Origin: Fibrobacteria bacterium
Lineage (GTDB): Bacteria; Fibrobacterota; Fibrobacteria; UBA11236
Direction of reading: 5' to 3'
NCBI GenBank assembly: GCA_041746255.1
Contig: JBGTHM010000086.1
Location: 1-27,555, forward strand
Length of the DNA stretch: 27,555 nucleotides
The position numbers and the translations under genes were made by a program. The notes under the pieces were generated by a model that did not search any database, was not told where the DNA came from, and saw only the letters and a program-made list of their open reading frames with translations. Below, piece after piece: positions 25,419 to 27,555 of this stretch; position 1 is the first letter of the stretch; every line of letters begins with the position of its first letter.

Positions 25419-26465
25419 ATGAAATATACCCAATCCCTGTATCAAACAGCCCTATTTGCATTATCCGTTTGCCTTTTCCAATCACTAGGAGCCGATCCTT
25501 TATATACTGAAACCGGAAACCAGCCTACCTTCAATAATTCAATTTGCTCAAATGCCAATAGCGGCACTAAAGTAACTGTTAATAAGGCCATGTTCGAAGT
25601 CGGATACGGTCGTCAATCCATCATGCAAGGCATCAACCTGCATACGGGATGTGGCAGCCAACTGCCCCGCAGCTCGTTCAGTAAAATGAGCTTGTGGTAC
25701 CAGGAAGACGGAAATACCCAGATTTTCAGATTGTATTCGGGTGAAAACAATACGAACCTGGGAAGGCCAAGAACCGAAGTCAATGCGCACAGATGGGGAA
25801 AAGGTCCCTGGCAGGAATGGACCGGCCGTTATACCATTTCCAGTAAACCCCTGGGTGCCGCGATTTTCCAAATTAAAAACAACAACGGGAGCAATCCCGG
25901 GGAGCGATTCCACTGGCCCTTCCAGCTGCATCTTCACAGCAATGGAGATATACTGGTGAAGCCGCGTTATTCCGACTCGAAAGTCATAGCCCCCAAAATG
26001 AGCGGCAAAGGTTTTGATGTGAGAATAAGGGATAACGGGGGAGAATGCGAGATTTACATAGACGGAAAACTGGTTTGGAAAAACAGCTATAAACTGCCCT
26101 CGGGCAGCACGAATCATTTCAGATGGGGCATGTACAAGGGTGATTCGAATACACCCTATGATGGAGTTCTATTCGTTTCCGGCGCTCAAGTCAATGGCCA
26201 AGGAGGTGCTTTAAGCGTGGATGGGAAGTTCGGCAATTTAGACAAGACCTTTTCCATAAACGGAACCGCTTTCCGCCATTCGTCCAATGACATCATCAAA
26301 AGTGTCAGGATCTTTGATTTGCACGGCACCTTGTTGGATGAGGTTCAGGCGCGGAATAATTCCATCAATTGGGAAGGCCCGCGGCATAATGGAGGAGCAG
26401 CGGCGCGAGGAACCTATGTCGTTCAATTGAACCATCGCGATGTTTTCAAATACATCTTACCTTGA
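25419..26465 (+). CDS. Secreted PL7-like putative polysaccharide lyase, paralogue 3
   Basis: WYQEDGNTQIFRLY, PRTEV, AIFQIK, RIRDNG and NHFRWGMY; signal peptide; tail VRIFDLHG..WEG..GTYVVQL; GGAGG RBS. Confidence 0.6.
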   Translation: MKYTQSLYQTALFALSVCLFQSLGADPLYTETGNQPTFNNSICSNANSGTKVTVNKAMFEVGYGRQSIMQGINLHTGCGSQLPRSSFSKMSLWYQEDGNTQIFRLYSGENNTNLGRPRTEVNAHRWGKGPWQEWTGRYTISSKPLGAAIFQIKNNNGSNPGERFHWPFQLHLHSNGDILVKPRYSDSKVIAPKMSGKGFDVRIRDNGGECEIYIDGKLVWKNSYKLPSGSTNHFRWGMYKGDSNTPYDGVLFVSGAQVNGQGGALSVDGKFGNLDKTFSINGTAFRHSSNDIIKSVRIFDLHGTLLDEVQARNNSINWEGPRHNGGAAARGTYVVQLNHRDVFKYILP

Positions 26466-26466
26466 G

Positions 26467-27416
26467 CTAATAGAAGGCGTGGAGTTGCATTCGGACCTGA
26501 TCCTGGTTCCGGATGACATCTTGGGGAATCGAAGTGCGGAAGTGGTAATACATACCCAATTGCAGGAATTGAACAGGGAAGTATTCCATTCCCGCCACTA
26601 TGCGACTGCGTCCATTCCTGGCAAAGGCAAATTCGCGGTCGGGATGTGTCCAATCGAGAACTCCCTTGAGAACCAGCCCCTTTCTCAGAAAAAAGTCGGC
26701 TTCCACGAACCCGAAAGTTTTTTCAACCATGCTGCCGTTCTCCTCTTTGGTCACCCAGTCGACCTCTCCCAATAACACCAACCTTTTATATCCCATGCCC
26801 ATAAAGGCGCCCATGCCTTTGTCCCCGCGGCGCAACGGCTGCACAAAGCCGGTCAAATCGCCATAGGAGCGATAGGCGGAGACGCCGACCCGGAAGGTTT
26901 GCGGAAAATTCCAGCCGGCGAAATTGAGATAGCTGATGGCCGAAGTCTGGTTTTCCGCCACGGCCCAGGAAAATGAAAAGGGGCCCGGCTCCATGCCCAC
27001 TTCCAGGCCGGTTTTGGGGTTGGCATAAGTGAACTGGGTGATTTGCCGCGTGGGAGTGTCATCGTCATATAACCTGATCCCGAAGGGCTGAAGGAATTTG
27101 CCCGCCTTCACATAAGCCTTGGCCTTGCCGGTCTCTACCAGGATGAAAGCTTCGCGGGCTTCCGGAGCCGGAGCGATTCCGTGATCGATGTACACCTTTA
27201 AAAAGGACTTGATGAGGTCGAGTTGAACATAGGCATTCCCTTCAGGTATGCGAAAACCGCTGGATCCCGGGGAGTCGACGCTATCCGACGCATGGGGGAG
27301 TGTGGAAAAACTTTCCAACCTCAAATTGCCTCCGGTGCTGATGTTAGGGCCCAGCTTCCCGTCAAAGGGAGAATCGGTGGCTTTTGTCGTCCCCGGCAGC
27401 ATGTATTGGCTGAAGG
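26467..27416 (-). pseudogene. Outer-membrane beta-barrel gene, 5'-truncated by IS insertion
   Basis: Amphipathic strands, YVKAGKFLQPFGIRLYDD, terminal LHAFY. No signal peptide, and the frame stays open (FSQY-MLPG) up to the IS end at 27417. Confidence 0.65.
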
Positions 27417-27555
27417 TGCAAAATCCGGTTCATGGTGACCGGCTAATCCGATTCAAAGTGACCGGCCGATCCGGTTCAAGATGACCGGTTCGGACGATTG
27501 ACCCGAGGGTGAAAATCCGGTTCAAAGTGACCGGTTTTCGTCCTTCTCAATCCAG
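27417..27555. mobile_element. Terminal region of an IS21-family-like insertion sequence
   Basis: Begins with TG; four ~20-bp direct repeats (consensus ATCCGGTTCAAAGTGACCGG) at 27423, 27446, 27469 and 27515 (23/23/46-bp spacing). Transposase is not in the window. Confidence 0.78.

Noticed and set aside
27423..27534. Four ~20-bp direct repeats as a CRISPR array or iterons
   Set aside because: The gaps are 3, 3 and 26 bp rather than uniform unique spacers, and no cas or rep gene is present. The TG start and phasing fit an IS21-type end.

Overview
Bacterial chromosomal window, probably from an FCB-superphylum organism (Fibrobacterota-like; inferred from PorV-like barrels, secretion-type C-terminal tails and a bS22-like peptide). 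Bases 1-12.2 kb are housekeeping: partial trkH, a SulP/STAS transporter, a 31-aa bS22/AURKAIP1-like ORF absent from the ORF track, a murC-like ligase, a HEAT-repeat protein, lolA, yajQ, a propeller/FlgD-Ig protein with two PorV-like barrels, and a wHTH-sbtA-sbtB operon. Bases 12.2-27.5 kb are accessory. They hold a ~1.53-kb tandem duplication of a secreted M11-like metzincin (with a stranded 5' stub of the neighbouring thermonuclease), a toxin-antitoxin islet (HEPN/MNT, SoFic-like Fic, Doc/RHH), a secreted TIMP-like protein, and a decayed IS110 fused in frame to an MDR oxidoreductase. They also hold three paralogous secreted PL7-like proteins with non-canonical motifs (QIK, FRWGMY) around a sulfatase, and a beta-barrel gene cut by an IS21-like end. 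The best candidates for undescribed biology are the lyase-like triplet plus sulfatase and the TIMP-like protein near duplicated metzincins. All family calls come from motif recognition by eye; no searches were run.
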